A DNA stretch of 64,000 nt, taken from NCBI GenBank assembly GCA_013265495.1, contig MU058423.1, forward strand, positions 137,061 to 201,060, in the 5' to 3' direction. This document shows, piece after piece, positions 1 through 13,062 of the stretch; the first letter of the stretch is position 1, and every line of letters begins with the position of its first letter. Under the pieces are notes generated by a model. It worked only from the letters and a program-made list of their open reading frames with translations. It had not been told where the DNA came from and did no database searches. The position numbers were made by a program, and so were the translations under genes. The DNA comes from Vicugna vicugna. Taxonomy: Eukaryota.

Positions 1-150
1 CCTAATTTATCCCTCCCCCACCTGTCTGTCTCCTTTGGCAACCATAAATGTGTTTTCTATGTCTATGTCATTTGTATCACTTTTTGGATTCCACATATAA
101 GTGACATTATGTGATATGTCTTTCTCTGAGTTACTTCACCCCGTACTATA
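1..150 (-). mobile_element. L1 3' end fragment (runs off the window start)
   Basis: Typical antisense L1 3'UTR text: ...caaccataa...gattccacatataagtga...ttacttcac. Confidence 0.7.
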
Positions 151-349
151 TTCTTTACTCTTGTTGCCAGACACACTCTCCCACTCTTTTTACAGTATGA
201 ACCTATTTATTTTTTAACACCTTTGTTGTATGGTTCCTGCACAGTAAACTACACATATTCCAGATGTACAATTTGATGAATTTTTATAGATGTATACACC
301 CATGAAACTACCACTACAATCAAGATAGCTAACATTCTTCTTCCACTTT

Positions 350-480
350 TTAAGAGAAGAAAATTGTGGCTTAAACACATTGAATGAATTGGCGAAGGCC
401 ACACAGCTAGTAAGTGGCAAAGAGGGAACTGGAACATGGATCTGTATGATCTAAAGTCCGAGCACTTAATCACCCCACTT
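350..480 (-). mobile_element. MIR SINE fragment
   Basis: MIR core-like text: aaggccacacagctagtaagtggcaaagagggaactggaac... Confidence 0.55.
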
Positions 481-2756
481 TCTGACTGTGTTCCGGGCAC
501 CCCTCCACCAGGCATACACCTGAACTCCCGGCATGCATCAGGGGCTCACTAATGGTTCCTTATGTGAATAATTCTCAATTCTGCACCTTCTGCCATAATC
601 ACTCAGTCCTGTGGCTACCATTAAGGATGCAGGATGTTTCAGTTAGTTGCCCCAAAGCCACTTCTCAACATGCCCTACCCTGATTTAATCATTTTCTTTT
701 CTTAAATGTTCCTCTTCCCCAGTGGGTCCATTTCTCATGATATCACCATTTTCCCGTTCCCAAGCTAACAGCCCTACAGTCATTTCGGACACATCCCCAG
801 CCCCACACCTGATCTGACATCAAGTGTGACTGCTTTTCTCTTTGAAGTGAGTCTTGACCTCTCTGAACCCACTCTGACTTTAGCTCTCCTCGCCCGGGGT
901 TAATGACCAATGCAGTCCCCAGTCTCAGAGCCCAGCCCCCTGAGGACCCCTCTCCCCTCCTCTGGCTTCTTGGATCCCAACGGCACACAGTCCCGAAGTC
1001 ACAGAGCCTGCTGGTGGGCCGCAGACTTGCATGTAGGCTTGGTTTAGATTGGAGTTGGAGCCTGTGTTTTGTTTGCGGAAAGGAGATTGATAGTTTCATG
1101 TCATCATAAATAAACTATGAATTCATGCCCTCCAGACCATGTCACGCTACAGGGAACACAAGCTGCCCTGGTTGTCCTCCCAAATCACGGTTTTCCCCCT
1201 TCACCTCTGACCTCCCACCATTTGCTCCAAGAATCTATTTCCTATTGTTATAAACCAACAAACAAAAAATGCCTACTCTTTCTGAGGAAGACAGAATATG
1301 TTTAGTGTGCGTACTATACTTTTTACAGTTGTTATTCATGAAAAATTGTATCCAATAAGTATTTTTATGGCTTTAAAATATGAACAGAAATAATTCTATT
1401 AGTCATTAGAAAACTATAAAAATACTGGTAAGAATCAAGCTTGCTGCCACAGGGACTGCAAAACAAAGATTTTAAAAGGCAATACTGTTGACTGATTGGA
1501 TCAGGAGTTGGTGGATAATTAGGCCTGGGGAAGCGGGGAGTGATGACCCTCTCGTCTTTAAGCCACCCCTACCCCCGGCCACTATCAATCCTGTCCGCCA
1601 GTGGGATCCCATCAGCTTTGGAGTCAGGCAATGAGGAAGGGGTGAAGTGAAGGCCTGAGAGTGGGGGTCCAAAGAAAAATGCAGGTCTGTTCACCTCTTT
1701 GGTCCCTAAAACCAAGGTCCCCATCAGTCTGCAGTCTCTCCTCTTCTGTCCTAAATCAGAGCACAGGCATTTTAAAGACCATATCTGTCAAGAGATATGA
1801 AGCCTTTGCAGACTATTATGAAAGTTTACACAAATCTGATTATCCCCCCAGTGAACTATATTACAGTGAATTCTTCCAACAAGATTAGCATCAAATAGAT
1901 TTGCTGAATTTACTACCAGCAGCCTTGGCCAGCAATGGAGAAAGAGCAGAATAAACAGAGACCTCTGTCCCTTTATTTAATTCTTTCCTTCATTCTCCTT
2001 TCCTGGCCCCACTCTCTGAAACTTCTAGATCTTCAGGGTGAGAGCATGTAAATCACACATGCCATTCATCCAGGGATCTGCATGCACTGGGGGCAGTATT
2101 ACCTGTTCCTGACCACATCCTGCTCTGTCCTCCCCTCCTGCCAAACAGTAAACAGCCCGTCATTATCTCAGCAGCTTCCTCTCTCCTCTCTGACAGTTCC
2201 TGCCCACTGGGCAGTAATCATTGGGCCAAGAGTTGGCGCTGAGATGAAAGTGGCTTTTCCTCCCAGGAGTCTGGGTGTGGGTTGGGTGTGAATTGACTGG
2301 TAATTGGGCACAGCCTGGGGTGGTCCTGCCTCCAGCATTACACAACTCAGAAAATTAATCAAGATCTAAAGCTGAAGCCATTTCCCCTTGGAGTCACCTG
2401 CCCTGCTTTCTCTTTGGTATTTGATTTCTAAATCTTTCTTTAATGCACTAGGAGGGGGGGGCTTGTCATTAGTCATAACTGTCAATCGATTCAATGATCG
2501 ATGTAAGATCAAATATGACAATGAATGTGACAATGAAAGTTTGTTAGAAATCTGAAAGATTGAAGAATGAGCCTGACAGAACTTATCCTTCCCTCGTTCT
2601 TGGGAAAGGAGATGGTGGTGGGAGAAAGGAGACAAAGGTCATATTTTTTTTTCTCCCACTTGTCTGAAGTAGCCAGTGTGGTTGGAGGGCCCATAAATCA
2701 GACTGAGCAGCAGTAAACATAATCCTGTATAATGGTATTTGATAGCTGATGAGTGC

Positions 2757-2922
2757 TTTTGTTTTAAATTGAAGTATAGTCGGTTTACAATGTCATGTTA
2801 ATTTCAGGTCTACAGCATAGTGATTCAGTTTTACATATATATATATATATATATATATATGTGTATATATATTCTTTTTCATTATAGGCTATTACAAGAT
2901 ATTGAATATAGTTCCCTGTGCT
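2757..2922 (-). mobile_element. Short L1 3' end with internal (TA)n
   Basis: ttttaaattgaagtatagt...tacagcatagtgattcag...gatattgaatatagttccctgtgct; same family as 12540-13062. Confidence 0.75.
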
Positions 2923-4065
2923 GCTGAGACACTTTCACAGTGATTTATTCAGCACGTTTTTATTGAGGTCCTGTGCCAGGGACTCTTCCAGGTGCTGGGA
3001 ACACAATAATGAACAGGAAAGACATACTTCTGTCCCATGGAGCATGGAGGGGGAGGACCAGACAAGTAAACAGGAAATTTCCATAATCACAGCTCACCAT
3101 CACAACAGCCGTGTGAAGTAGACAAGGCTGAGATTCCATCCCCAATGTATAATTTAGGAAACTGAGTCCCAGAGAAGACTGATGACTTGCCCAAAGTCAC
3201 AGCTAGATCGTAGTAGCGCTGGGATGCACACAGAGGTCCCACCCTGACTCCAGGCCATCGTCCTTCCACAGAGATGAATGTTACACCATCTCTGGGCTGA
3301 TCAGAGGTAGAATAAAGGAAGCCAGTAGGGCCTCAGGGAGCATGAGGTAGATGGGGGGGAGGGGGCTCTGAATGCCCCAGCAACACCCTCCAGGCAGGAA
3401 AGGTGGAATAAAGAGACAACAGAGCTTGGAAATCTGTAGCCCAAATTCAGGAGGTCCTCATCTTTCACATTAAATCCTTCCACCGCCTCCAGCCCCTCCA
3501 GTAAAACTTGACTCAAGCTTTCGCAGACAGTGATGAACTTGTTCTGAGAGGAAACAGTGCAGCCTTGGGCTCCTTTGTGATCCGGCTTCCCTCTATGGCT
3601 CCCATCTGCCTCCTGCGTGCCTGGAAATAAGAAGACTGAAGGGGATAAAAACAGGTCTGCAGACAGGCTGCTGCTGATCTGAACATCCCATATTGAAATC
3701 TCCCCTCCAGATGCTGCCTTGGGGGCTGCTGGAGAAAGGTTGCCAAAGCCTCTGATGAAGTACAAACAGCTGTGGGAGGTGGCCGTAACCGGAAATGCTG
3801 AGTGGGAGTCGTGACTAATCTGGCTTTTTTCATCAGGCTGAGCCAGATGTTAGGGCTAGTGGAGGGGGGCATGCAGGGAAGAGAAATGACAAGAGATTAG
3901 CAACCTCTTTCCTAGGCATGGGAGGCACAAGTTTCCAGGTGCAGTGGGAAGCTCTCAGGCCAGGGTCAGAGGAATGAACTTGGGTAGCCCCTGTCCAGAC
4001 GGCCGAAGTCCTTGGCTGGAGAAACTCAGTAACCTGCTAAGGGCAGGGCACCCAATCTACTGTGT

Positions 4066-4857
4066 GTGTTGGGCAGCAAGGTGGGGAGCAGAGGTGGGGA
4101 GGCGGAAATCTCCCTACACCAGCAAACAGTGTTCCAACACCAGACGGGTGTCCTACAATTCGACTCAATTCTGCCACTATCTACCTGGAGAGAGCGTCAG
4201 ATCCCATGGGTTAAGCAGTCAGTCCTACGAGACGCCCCTACCTCCCCCTCTCCCCGCTTGAGACACCAATTGCAAGTTCAGGTTGTCACCTGGATTTCTG
4301 ACCAACCAGCTATAGATCGGAAATTCCAAAAAGCCCCTCCTCAGGCTTGATTACTTTGCTAGAGTGGCTCAGAAAAACATTGCACTCACTAGATTACTGG
4401 TTGATTATGAAAGGATAGAACTCAGGAACAGCCAGATGGAAGAGATGCGGGGGCAAGGCATGAGGACAGGGTGCGGAGTCTCCTTGCCCTGAGTGCACCA
4501 TTCTCCCTGCATCTCCACCTGTTCACTGACCCAGATGCTCTCCAGCCCCGGCCTTTTGGGTTTTTATGGAGGCTTCATGACATGACTGATCAGATCATTG
4601 TCCATTGGTGTCTGAACTCAATCTCCAGCCCCTTTCCCCTTCCAGGGAGGCAGAACGAACTGAGAGTTTCAACCCTCTAACCAGAAGATTGGCTCCACTG
4701 GCAACCAGCTCCCATCCTTAGGTGAGGTTGCTTCATTAACATAACAGAAGATACTTTTAAGGCTCTCTTAAAAAATTCCAAGGGTTTCAAGAGCTCTGTG
4801 CCAGAAACAGAGGCAAAGACCAAATGGCTATTTCTTATTATAAATCACAGTAATGCA
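4066..4857. mobile_element. LTR, MER21-like
   Basis: Characteristic ...gggtgtcctacaattcgactcaattctgccactatctacctggagagagcgtcagatccc... and an end near tataaatcacag. Confidence 0.65.
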
Positions 4858-5397
4858 CCTACTCATTCATCCACTGGCCAAACATTTACTGAGCACCAAC
4901 CAGGAACCAGGCACTATAACCAGTGTGAGGAAATGAAGTTGATGAGGTTACAGTGTCTGTAATCAAAGGACTTCGTTCAGGATGGGAGACAGACAGGTTC
5001 ACTCATGAGTGAGTAGAATTTTGTAAATCTCTGCACAGTGGGAACATACAGAGGCAATGGCCAACTTTACTTAGGGATGTCTGGAAAGATTTTATGGTGG
5101 GAGGGTGAATCTTGAAAGATGAGTAGGGTTTGCTAGGCAAAGTGGGAAAGAATATTAATAACATTAATATCTATGACATTTGTTAGATGTGTAAACATGC
5201 CGGACACAGTTCTTAGAGTTTTACCTGGACTTCCTTTCATTTCACGCTCATAATGCCCTCATGTGGTAGTTTTTGTTGTTATTCCCATTTTACAGATGAG
5301 GAAGTTGAGGCCCAGAGTGATTAAGAAACTTGTCCAAAGTCAGTTTGGCGGTCTGAGGTGATTTGGTGGGACTGGACTCACTAAAGTTTGGAGGTGG

Positions 5398-5915
5398 TGT
5401 CATAGGGAAGAGCCAACCTGATTTCATATTAGACCTGCCCTTTGGCTCTAACCCTGTGCTCTATTTCCTGTGCTTAGTCATAATGATTCTGCACCTTTTG
5501 CAAAGAATGTTGCCTATAGCCTCAAATATACAGGATAGCCCATTTTTAAGGCTCTGACCTTTAAGAGTATAACACTTTCTCATTCATATAAAGATAAAAA
5601 GCTGCAGAATAGAAAATAACATTTGTCTTGTGGGAAGTTTACAAGGACATCATGACCTGACCTATGTGGACAGCTGCAAGAACAAAGGATTCCGACACCA
5701 AGAAGCTTGCAACAACCAACCACACCCCTTCCCCTTTTTAGTATAAAAGGAGCCAGAATTCTGACTCAGGGAAGATGGTTCTGCAGGACATTAGTCTGCC
5801 ATCTTCTCAGTCTGCTGGTTTTCTGAATAAAGTCATTATTCATTGCCCCAACACTTCATCTCCCAATTTATTGGCCTGTCATGCGGTGAGCAGAGCAAAT
5901 TTGGACTCAGTAACA
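5398..5915 (+). mobile_element. Solo ERV1-class LTR (MER34/MER39-like)
   Basis: TG...CA termini, TATA-like tataaaa near 5743, AATAAA near 5826, imperfect 4-bp TSD gtgg/gtga. Confidence 0.65.
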
Positions 5916-6865
5916 GTGAGGGTGTGCTTTAAGTGATGAGGCCAGAGAGGTGGGCAGGGGTCCGGCCATGAAAGGCCTCAGCAGCTTTGTTGAGCAGTGT
6001 TCTGCTGGGCAGGGGATGGCATAACCTGATTTCTGCTTTGCATAATCACTTTGGAAGCAGAATTGAAGGCAGCAAGGGAAGAAGGACAATGAGGAGCAAA
6101 TTTCACTGGTCTGGGTGAGTTTATGACTAAGTCAGTAACATTAGCAATGGAAACCTCAACACCAGAAGACAAAATGGGCAGGAATTTCTGGCCACTCCAA
6201 GGAGGAAAAAACATGCTTTGTAGAGTCACACAGACCTGAATTTGAGTCCTAGTCATCTCATTTAACCAGGCTTAGACAAACTGTACTTTCAGTCTCCATC
6301 TATGAAATAGAGACAATAATAACAAGAGATGATCCCACTGGGTTGTAATAACTCTGTGTCGTAATTTTCCATGTGACTGTGAGCTCCCTGAGGGCAGGGA
6401 GTGAGACTCAGCATCCTTTGGATTGCCAGCACCTGGCACTATGCCTGGAACACAGCGAGTGCTCAATGCTTCTTTGAATGAACAGAAATGGTTAGGGGTG
6501 AGGAAAGGGGAGAATCGAAGCTGGCATCAGGTTTCTGCCTTGGCTGACTGACGGATGGTCATGCCATTCACCACCATAGAGGATATGGAAGGAATATGGC
6601 ACATCCAAGAGGGGAAGATTGTGAGCTTTGTTTCAGACAGAAGGGCAATGTTCACTGTGATGAGAGCCCAGGGAATGGTCATGGGAGGGAGAAGGGAGCG
6701 GAGGACGAGAGAGAGGCTTTAAAGTGCCAGAGAAGTTGTGCGCATGGACGTGGAACTCTCATTACCTCTCACTTTGAACCATTGCAATTTACTTCTAATG
6801 GCTTCCCTGCCTTGCTGCCTCTAATTCAGCCTCTATACTGCTGCCAAAGTGATCTTGGGAAGTAG

Positions 6866-7479
6866 TGTTGTCCACGAGAAGGTTCTTGTCACAGAAAGAA
6901 TTCAGAAAACAAGATATGGAGGTCAAGAAAGCAAAGCAAGGATTTATTAAAAGATAAATAGTATGCTCTCAAGGAAAGAGCAGGCAGACCCAGGTGGGTA
7001 GCTTCCCTGGGTTTCCTTGGCAAGCTCATTATATGGGTGTAAAAATGAATGGGCAGAATATTCATTGGCAGGGAGGGGTTTAGAGTCATCTTCCCTGATC
7101 TTCATCCCAGCTCCACCTTCCCAGGTGGGGAGGAGGGATTTTTTGTCCTTATTTAGTCTTGATCAGGAAGTTGGATGAGGTCATAATGAACAAAAGTTTA
7201 CATTCAGATGGGGGTATCATAAGCAAAAGGTTACATTTGGACGGAGGTCAGAATGAGTGAAAGGTTATATTTGGATGGTGGGGATTCCTGCCTTGTCCCA
7301 CCCTTCTGCCTCCAGGGCATTTATCAACCCAGAAGGAATGGTTTCTTATCAGTCTGGAGGATCCTGTTTTTCTTGGTCTGTCCAAGGACCCCTCATTGTT
7401 CACAAGATATATGGTTTTCGACCATTTGGCCCCCGTCCGTGTTTCTTTGCTCATATCTAGCCACCTGTCTGCTCTAACA
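6866..7479 (-). mobile_element. Solo ERV LTR
   Basis: TGTT...AACA termini, TSD gtag/gtac, minus-strand AATAAA (tttatt near 6942), internal tandem repeats of about 35 bp at 7190-7280. Confidence 0.65.
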
Positions 7480-7568
7480 GTACGAATGCCAAATTTATGT
7501 GGGCTCTGCAAGGCACTGTGTCTGCAAGATTCTATACTATTATTTTGTATTTAAAAAAGAGTGGAGGA

Positions 7569-8034
7569 TGTATTGTGGGTTGAGTTGCATCCCCTTCCCC
7601 AAAATATGATCAAGTCCTACTCCCTGGTACCTGTGAATGTGACCTCATTTGGAAAGAGGATCCTTGCAAATATAATCAATTAAAATGAAGTCATGCTTGA
7701 TTAGGGTGGGCCCTAACCCAATGACCAGTGCCCTTCTAAGAAGAAGGAGAAAATGTAGACACAGAGACACAGAAGAAGGCCAGCCCATGTGATGACAGAA
7801 GCAGAGACTGGAGTAATGCAGCTCTGAGCCAAGGAGTGCCAAGGATTGCCGGCAACCACCAGAAGCCAGGAGGAGTCAAGGAAGGAGTCTTCCTTAGAGC
7901 AGGCAGAGGAAGCAGAGCCCAGTCAACACGTAGATTTCAGACTTTCAGCCTCCAGAATTGTGAAAGAATAAGCAAATTTCTAACCCACTCAGTTTGTGGT
8001 ACACTTTGTTACAGCAAACATAGGAAGATAATAC
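7569..8034 (+). mobile_element. MaLR LTR (MLT1-like)
   Basis: tgtgaatgtgacctcatttggaaa...gattagggtgggccctaacccaatgac...gccaaggattgccggcaaccaccagaagc...tttgttacagca. Confidence 0.75.
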
Positions 8035-9011
8035 AGAGGGGGATATGAATACATATATATAAATGCTTATGTTTTCAAAACCAAATAATGAAGGACAAGC
8101 TAACTATTGGCTGATCTAGGAAAGACTTGTTGGAATGACTAGGGTGACTGGGCTCTGCTCCACATGTCTCTGGCAGTCTTGTCCAGGCATGTTCTCAGGG
8201 CTTCAGTACAAATAAAGATGAGCAAGCAGAAACATCCAAGGAGCCTTAATGCCTGGGCTTGGAACTGGCACACCATCACTTCTGCTTCATTCTACTGTAC
8301 AAAGATGGGCCCAAGGCCAGCCCAGAGGCAAAGGGTGATAAAACCACCTCACCTTCTGAAAGAGACACGTGGCAAGGGACATGTATGCAGAAACACACAG
8401 AGTGAAAAATTCAAGCCATTAATGCAGTTTACCACACACACATACACATATGTACAGTAGGATAAAGCAGATGAGTCATTATATTCATGTATTTAAGATC
8501 AAAAAATTTTCAGAATAAGAGACAAGATACAAACCCAATGAGATGCAAAAACAAAAACCCAAAAAGTTAAGTGCAAATTCTGTCATCTATGTTTTGAGTT
8601 GGAAATAACAATTATAAACTCTGATGCAAAAAAATAAATTTTATTTTTTAATTTCATTTTTAAGAAATATTGTATTTTTTTATTTTCTATAAAATATGTA
8701 TTTCTATGCTCTGCTCAAGAAGACCTAGAAGCAATGACAAGCCAGTCGCAATGAGCACTGCTACTATTCATTCTGTGTTCTCAAATGCCATTTCCTACCA
8801 AAGGGAACCAGGACTAATTGGAGAAATGGCTAATTCCAGTCTGGAGCTGGAACTGTACAAGATAAGTCAGAGTCTTCCTGTCTTGCCTGAAATCAGTGTA
8901 GCTCTTGAAGACTTCTGGGGTTATCTCAAAAGGACACAGCAATTAACTTGATCAGGCCCCACTAGCTAAAGTCAGGAAATACGAGCATCAAAAAAATAGT
9001 GACTGGCAGGT

Positions 9012-9097
9012 GGGGCAGGGAGGTATAGCTCAGTGGTAGGGCACATGCTTAGCCTGTACAAAGTCCTGGGTTCAATCCCCGTTAAAAAAAAAAAAAA
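9012..9097 (+). mobile_element. tRNA-Ala-derived SINE (camelid vic-1-like)
   Basis: GGTATAGCTCAGTGGTAG A-box, GGTTCAATCC B-box, poly(A) tail. Confidence 0.75.
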
Positions 9098-9594
9098 GAC
9101 AGCAGTGGCTTATAACATGTCAAAAGTATAAAATCAAAGAGTTCATAATTTCACTATAAAATTAAAAAATCAACATTTGTCTCCGGAGGTTTCTGAGACA
9201 CTAAATCATTTTTCTAGAAACTGATAAATAAAAAGAAAAAAGTCAATGAAGCATTTATCCTGCTCTTCTTGTAAAAATTGTATTCGGGTTAACCAAATGA
9301 TCAGTTATTTTTAATAGAAGAATCATAGCTAATAATTTCAGGAGGAATTATTGAAATAGAAAACCACCATCCTTATAATTCAGGATAAAATAATGAATCC
9401 ACACAACCATTAGTCTTGTCGGGAAGATTATAATAAATGGATCAGACTGACATTCATTACTTGAACCCACTGATCTATCTTAACTTCAATAAAAGTGGGA
9501 CAACCGAACAAGTTTCCTCTGATGTAATGCAATTGGAAGTGGACAACACAATCTTTGACGCATTAAAAAATGTGAACCAGAATTGAATTATCTT

Positions 9595-9990
9595 GATTTG
9601 TGTAACCCTGGAAGCAGATCCTGAGACTAGGATTCAGTCTGAGTAGTTTTGTTGGGAGGGGAACCCAGAAAACTCCAAAAGGGCAGTGGGAAACTAGGGA
9701 GTGGTTATCTCAAGAGAAAGAAAGTGTGATACTGGAGAGACAAAACGTTTGGCGAGGAGGCGTGACCTCCTAGGTGCATTCTACCACCAGGGAAGAGGCA
9801 GCGTTAAACTCACGAAAGGCATTACGGGAGGGAGACTGAGGCAAAACCCCAAGGTTCATGGAGTGTGGGTGTGAGAACACTAGGGAGTGCAGTGGGGGAG
9901 CGGTGGCTGATATTTCTTTCACTCCAGCTGCTGCAGGGGTCCCAGGGGCCTGGAACAGGGAGTACTGGGTGCAGCAAATAACCATTAATG
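9595..9990. mobile_element. Old ERVL-type LTR fragment (LTR16/LTR33-like)
   Basis: cctggaagcagatcctgagactaggattc...gtagttttgttgggagg resembles these families; boundaries approximate. Confidence 0.4.
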
Positions 9991-12539
9991 AGGCCCGGAG
10001 GTGACTGATGCAGTGAATGCCCGTGAGTTCCCTCCGGCGTCTTCTAATGACTTCATCCTGGAAGATGAGTGGTGTGCAAATTTCAGAAAGCGTATAAGGC
10101 CAACTTAATGTCTTCCTGCCTCAATTCAAGCCTCTGAAACCAAAGGAAGCATTAATGCCCCACCCTGGAAAAGAGGTTTCTGTTTTAGCTCCACCCCATC
10201 AGATTAAATACACTTAGCCAAGTGAGAACAAACGTTTGCAGAATTAGAGTGATCTGGGCTCCTCTCCCTGCCTCGGAGCCCCTGGCAGGTGGAAATCCCT
10301 CCCCGCTCCTGGAAGGAGTGCTGGGTTTGCTAGGTTCTGGGGAGAAAGTATCTGCTAATACTGCCCAGACAGCCCTCTGGGCCCTTGAGAATTGGGCCCA
10401 AGGAGACAACTGCTGCTGCTTCTGCACACCCTCCACCCCAAACTGACCGTTTTCAGCCTGTCCTGGACTTGAGTGCCCTCTGAGTGAGGACCAGCCTTGA
10501 TACACACACTCCCAGGAACTTGGGGATGAATAGAGAAGACAGCATGGTACATTGGCACATTGAATTTGCTGTTGGCAGAACTGATTTAAGTCCTAGCTCT
10601 GCCTCCTAATTGCTTATTTATTCATTTGTTTGTTTCCCTTGGAAAAGTCAATTAACCTCTCTGAGCCTCTGTTTCCTTATTTGTAAAATGAGAATAATAA
10701 TGAAACCTTGACTACCTGCAGCTCTTGTGAGATCAAAAGAAGTAATGGGAGAGCAGAAGAAATCACAAAATTCAGTTTTATGCAGAGCCCCAATATATAA
10801 AACAGATTAATGTTTATATGAATAACAGTGATTATTCATATAATTTGTAGGAATTTATACTTTCATATTTTATAAAAATATATGTGCTTTATAAGCTTTA
10901 TAATACTACCTTATTAAAGGCAATAACTAATAGTCAAGAGGTTGCTTTGATGAATAGAAGAATTTGAAGTTGAGATATTGGATGATAGTTGCAATCTCAA
11001 GTATCCTGTTTATTTCTCACATTTTTTTGGTTACACAGAACAGAATCCTGATTCATATGAATCAGTAGCTGTAAATAGTAGCAGTGTTTTAAACCTTGCA
11101 ATTTTAGGGGCCTCTTTAATTCTCTTAATTCCAGAAGTCTTAAAAAAGAATAGAAGGGATCTCCCCTCAAACAGAATCAATGTAACAATTTTCAACAGCA
11201 GCTTAAATTGATGGATAAGCCCAGTCTGTTCTGAGGAAACCAGTCGATAGCTGTGGTGTGGCAAAAAGGGCACTAAACTCACACTAAGGAGACCCTGAGC
11301 TCAGAATTACTAGCTAAGGGAGCTTGAGCAAGATACTTGGCCTCTTGGAGCCTCAGTTTCCTCATCTGTAAATGGGCACAGTACCTTGTAGGGGTGTGGT
11401 GAGGGTTTTACAAAACTGTGTATGTGAAGCACCAAATGCTGAATCTCAAAATTTATTATTTACATCTGAATATAATATACCTCAACAGAATACAAAGCCT
11501 TTAAAAGATGCTAACAGATACCAGAAGTAGGGGAAGGAGGAACATGTGAAGAAGTATACAAGGAGACTAAGGTCACTATCTAAGAAATCGTAGGTACCCA
11601 GTCAGCAGTATCTAGGGTTATTTCACTCCTGAGAGTTGAAAGGGACCAAAGTCATCCAAGCAGGCCCAGAACAGAACTGCTCAACTGATCCAAGAATTGT
11701 GAGGATTCCTGTGCTTGTTTTTAGCCACTAAGTTTGTGGGTGATTTGCTATATATTAAAAGTTCACTGATACAAAATATAATGGACATCTTTCATTCTGG
11801 CCTCCCTAGCATGCATTTTCCCTTTGTGTTTACAGCACCCATTTTTCGTCTTCCTGTTTCAGTCCATGTGATTGTGGGAAGGCAGAGTCTATCATAGCTC
11901 CAGAGGTGGACATGTGAACTGGGCCTGGCCAATCAGAGCACTGCATCTGTGGCAGACACCATTGACTGGCGAACCCAACTCCCATCCCCAACACCCTTCT
12001 CCCTAACTCACTTTAGTTAGTGAGTCTGGAAGAGGAAAATATTTTCTCAGCCTCCCCTAAAGGTAGGAGTAGCTTTTTGACCCAGTTATGGCCCAGAGGT
12101 TGTAAACAAAAGAAATCGGCCAGGAACCTTTGGGAAAGCTTTTTCATTTCTCATAAGGGAACAGTTGATGCTAGTGTCTTGCCTTCTCTTCTTACTGCTT
12201 TGAACCTAGCTGTGATTTTTGGAGCTGCAGCAGCCATTTCACAACCATGAGGCAAAGCCCAAAACCATTTTCAAGATGTTAATCCATTGCTGAACCACTA
12301 AATCAACAATGGCAGTTGTTCAGACTTCCTAATATAAAAAACAAAAACAACAACAACAAAAAAAAACTCTATTTTTTAAACATCTCTTATCTTTGTGCTG
12401 GTAGTCAAATTGTCTTTTTCTCACAGTTGAAAGCATTTCTAACAGAGCATCTTACTAGTGACAATAATTATCAAAGTCATAAAGAAAACAGATCACTATG
12501 GGTAACTAAGTTTTCTATTCTTTGTAAGTTTCAGTATTT

Positions 12540-13062
12540 TTTTTAATTGAAGTATAGTCAATTTACAATGTTAGGTCAATTTCTGATGTACAGCATGATA
12601 GTTTAGTCATACATATACGCACATATATTCATTTTCATATTCTTTTTCATTATAGGTTACTATAAGATATTGAATATAGTTTCCTGTGCTATACAGTGTA
12701 AACTTGTTGTTTGTCTATCTTATATATAGTGGTTAGTATCTGCAAATCTCGAACTCTCAATTTATCCCTTTCCACTCCCTTCCCCCTAGTAACCATAAGT
12801 TTGTTTTTCATGTCTGTGAGTCTGTTTCTGTTTTATAAATAAGTTCATTTGCCTTTTTTTTAGATTCCACATATGAGTGACATCATATGGTAGTTTTCTT
12901 TCTCTGTCTGACTTACTTCACTTAGAATGACAATGTCCAGATTCATTCATGTTGCTGCAAAGGGCATTATTTTTATGGCTGAATAGTATTCCATTGTACA
13001 AATATACTACAACTTCTTTATCCAGTCATCTGTTCATGGACATTTAGGTTGTTTCCATGTCT
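12540..13062 (-). mobile_element. 5'-truncated L1 3' end with target-site duplication
   Basis: Poly-T start then L1 3'UTR text; TSD agtttcagt(a/g)ttttttt at 12527-12543 and 13063-13079. Confidence 0.8.
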
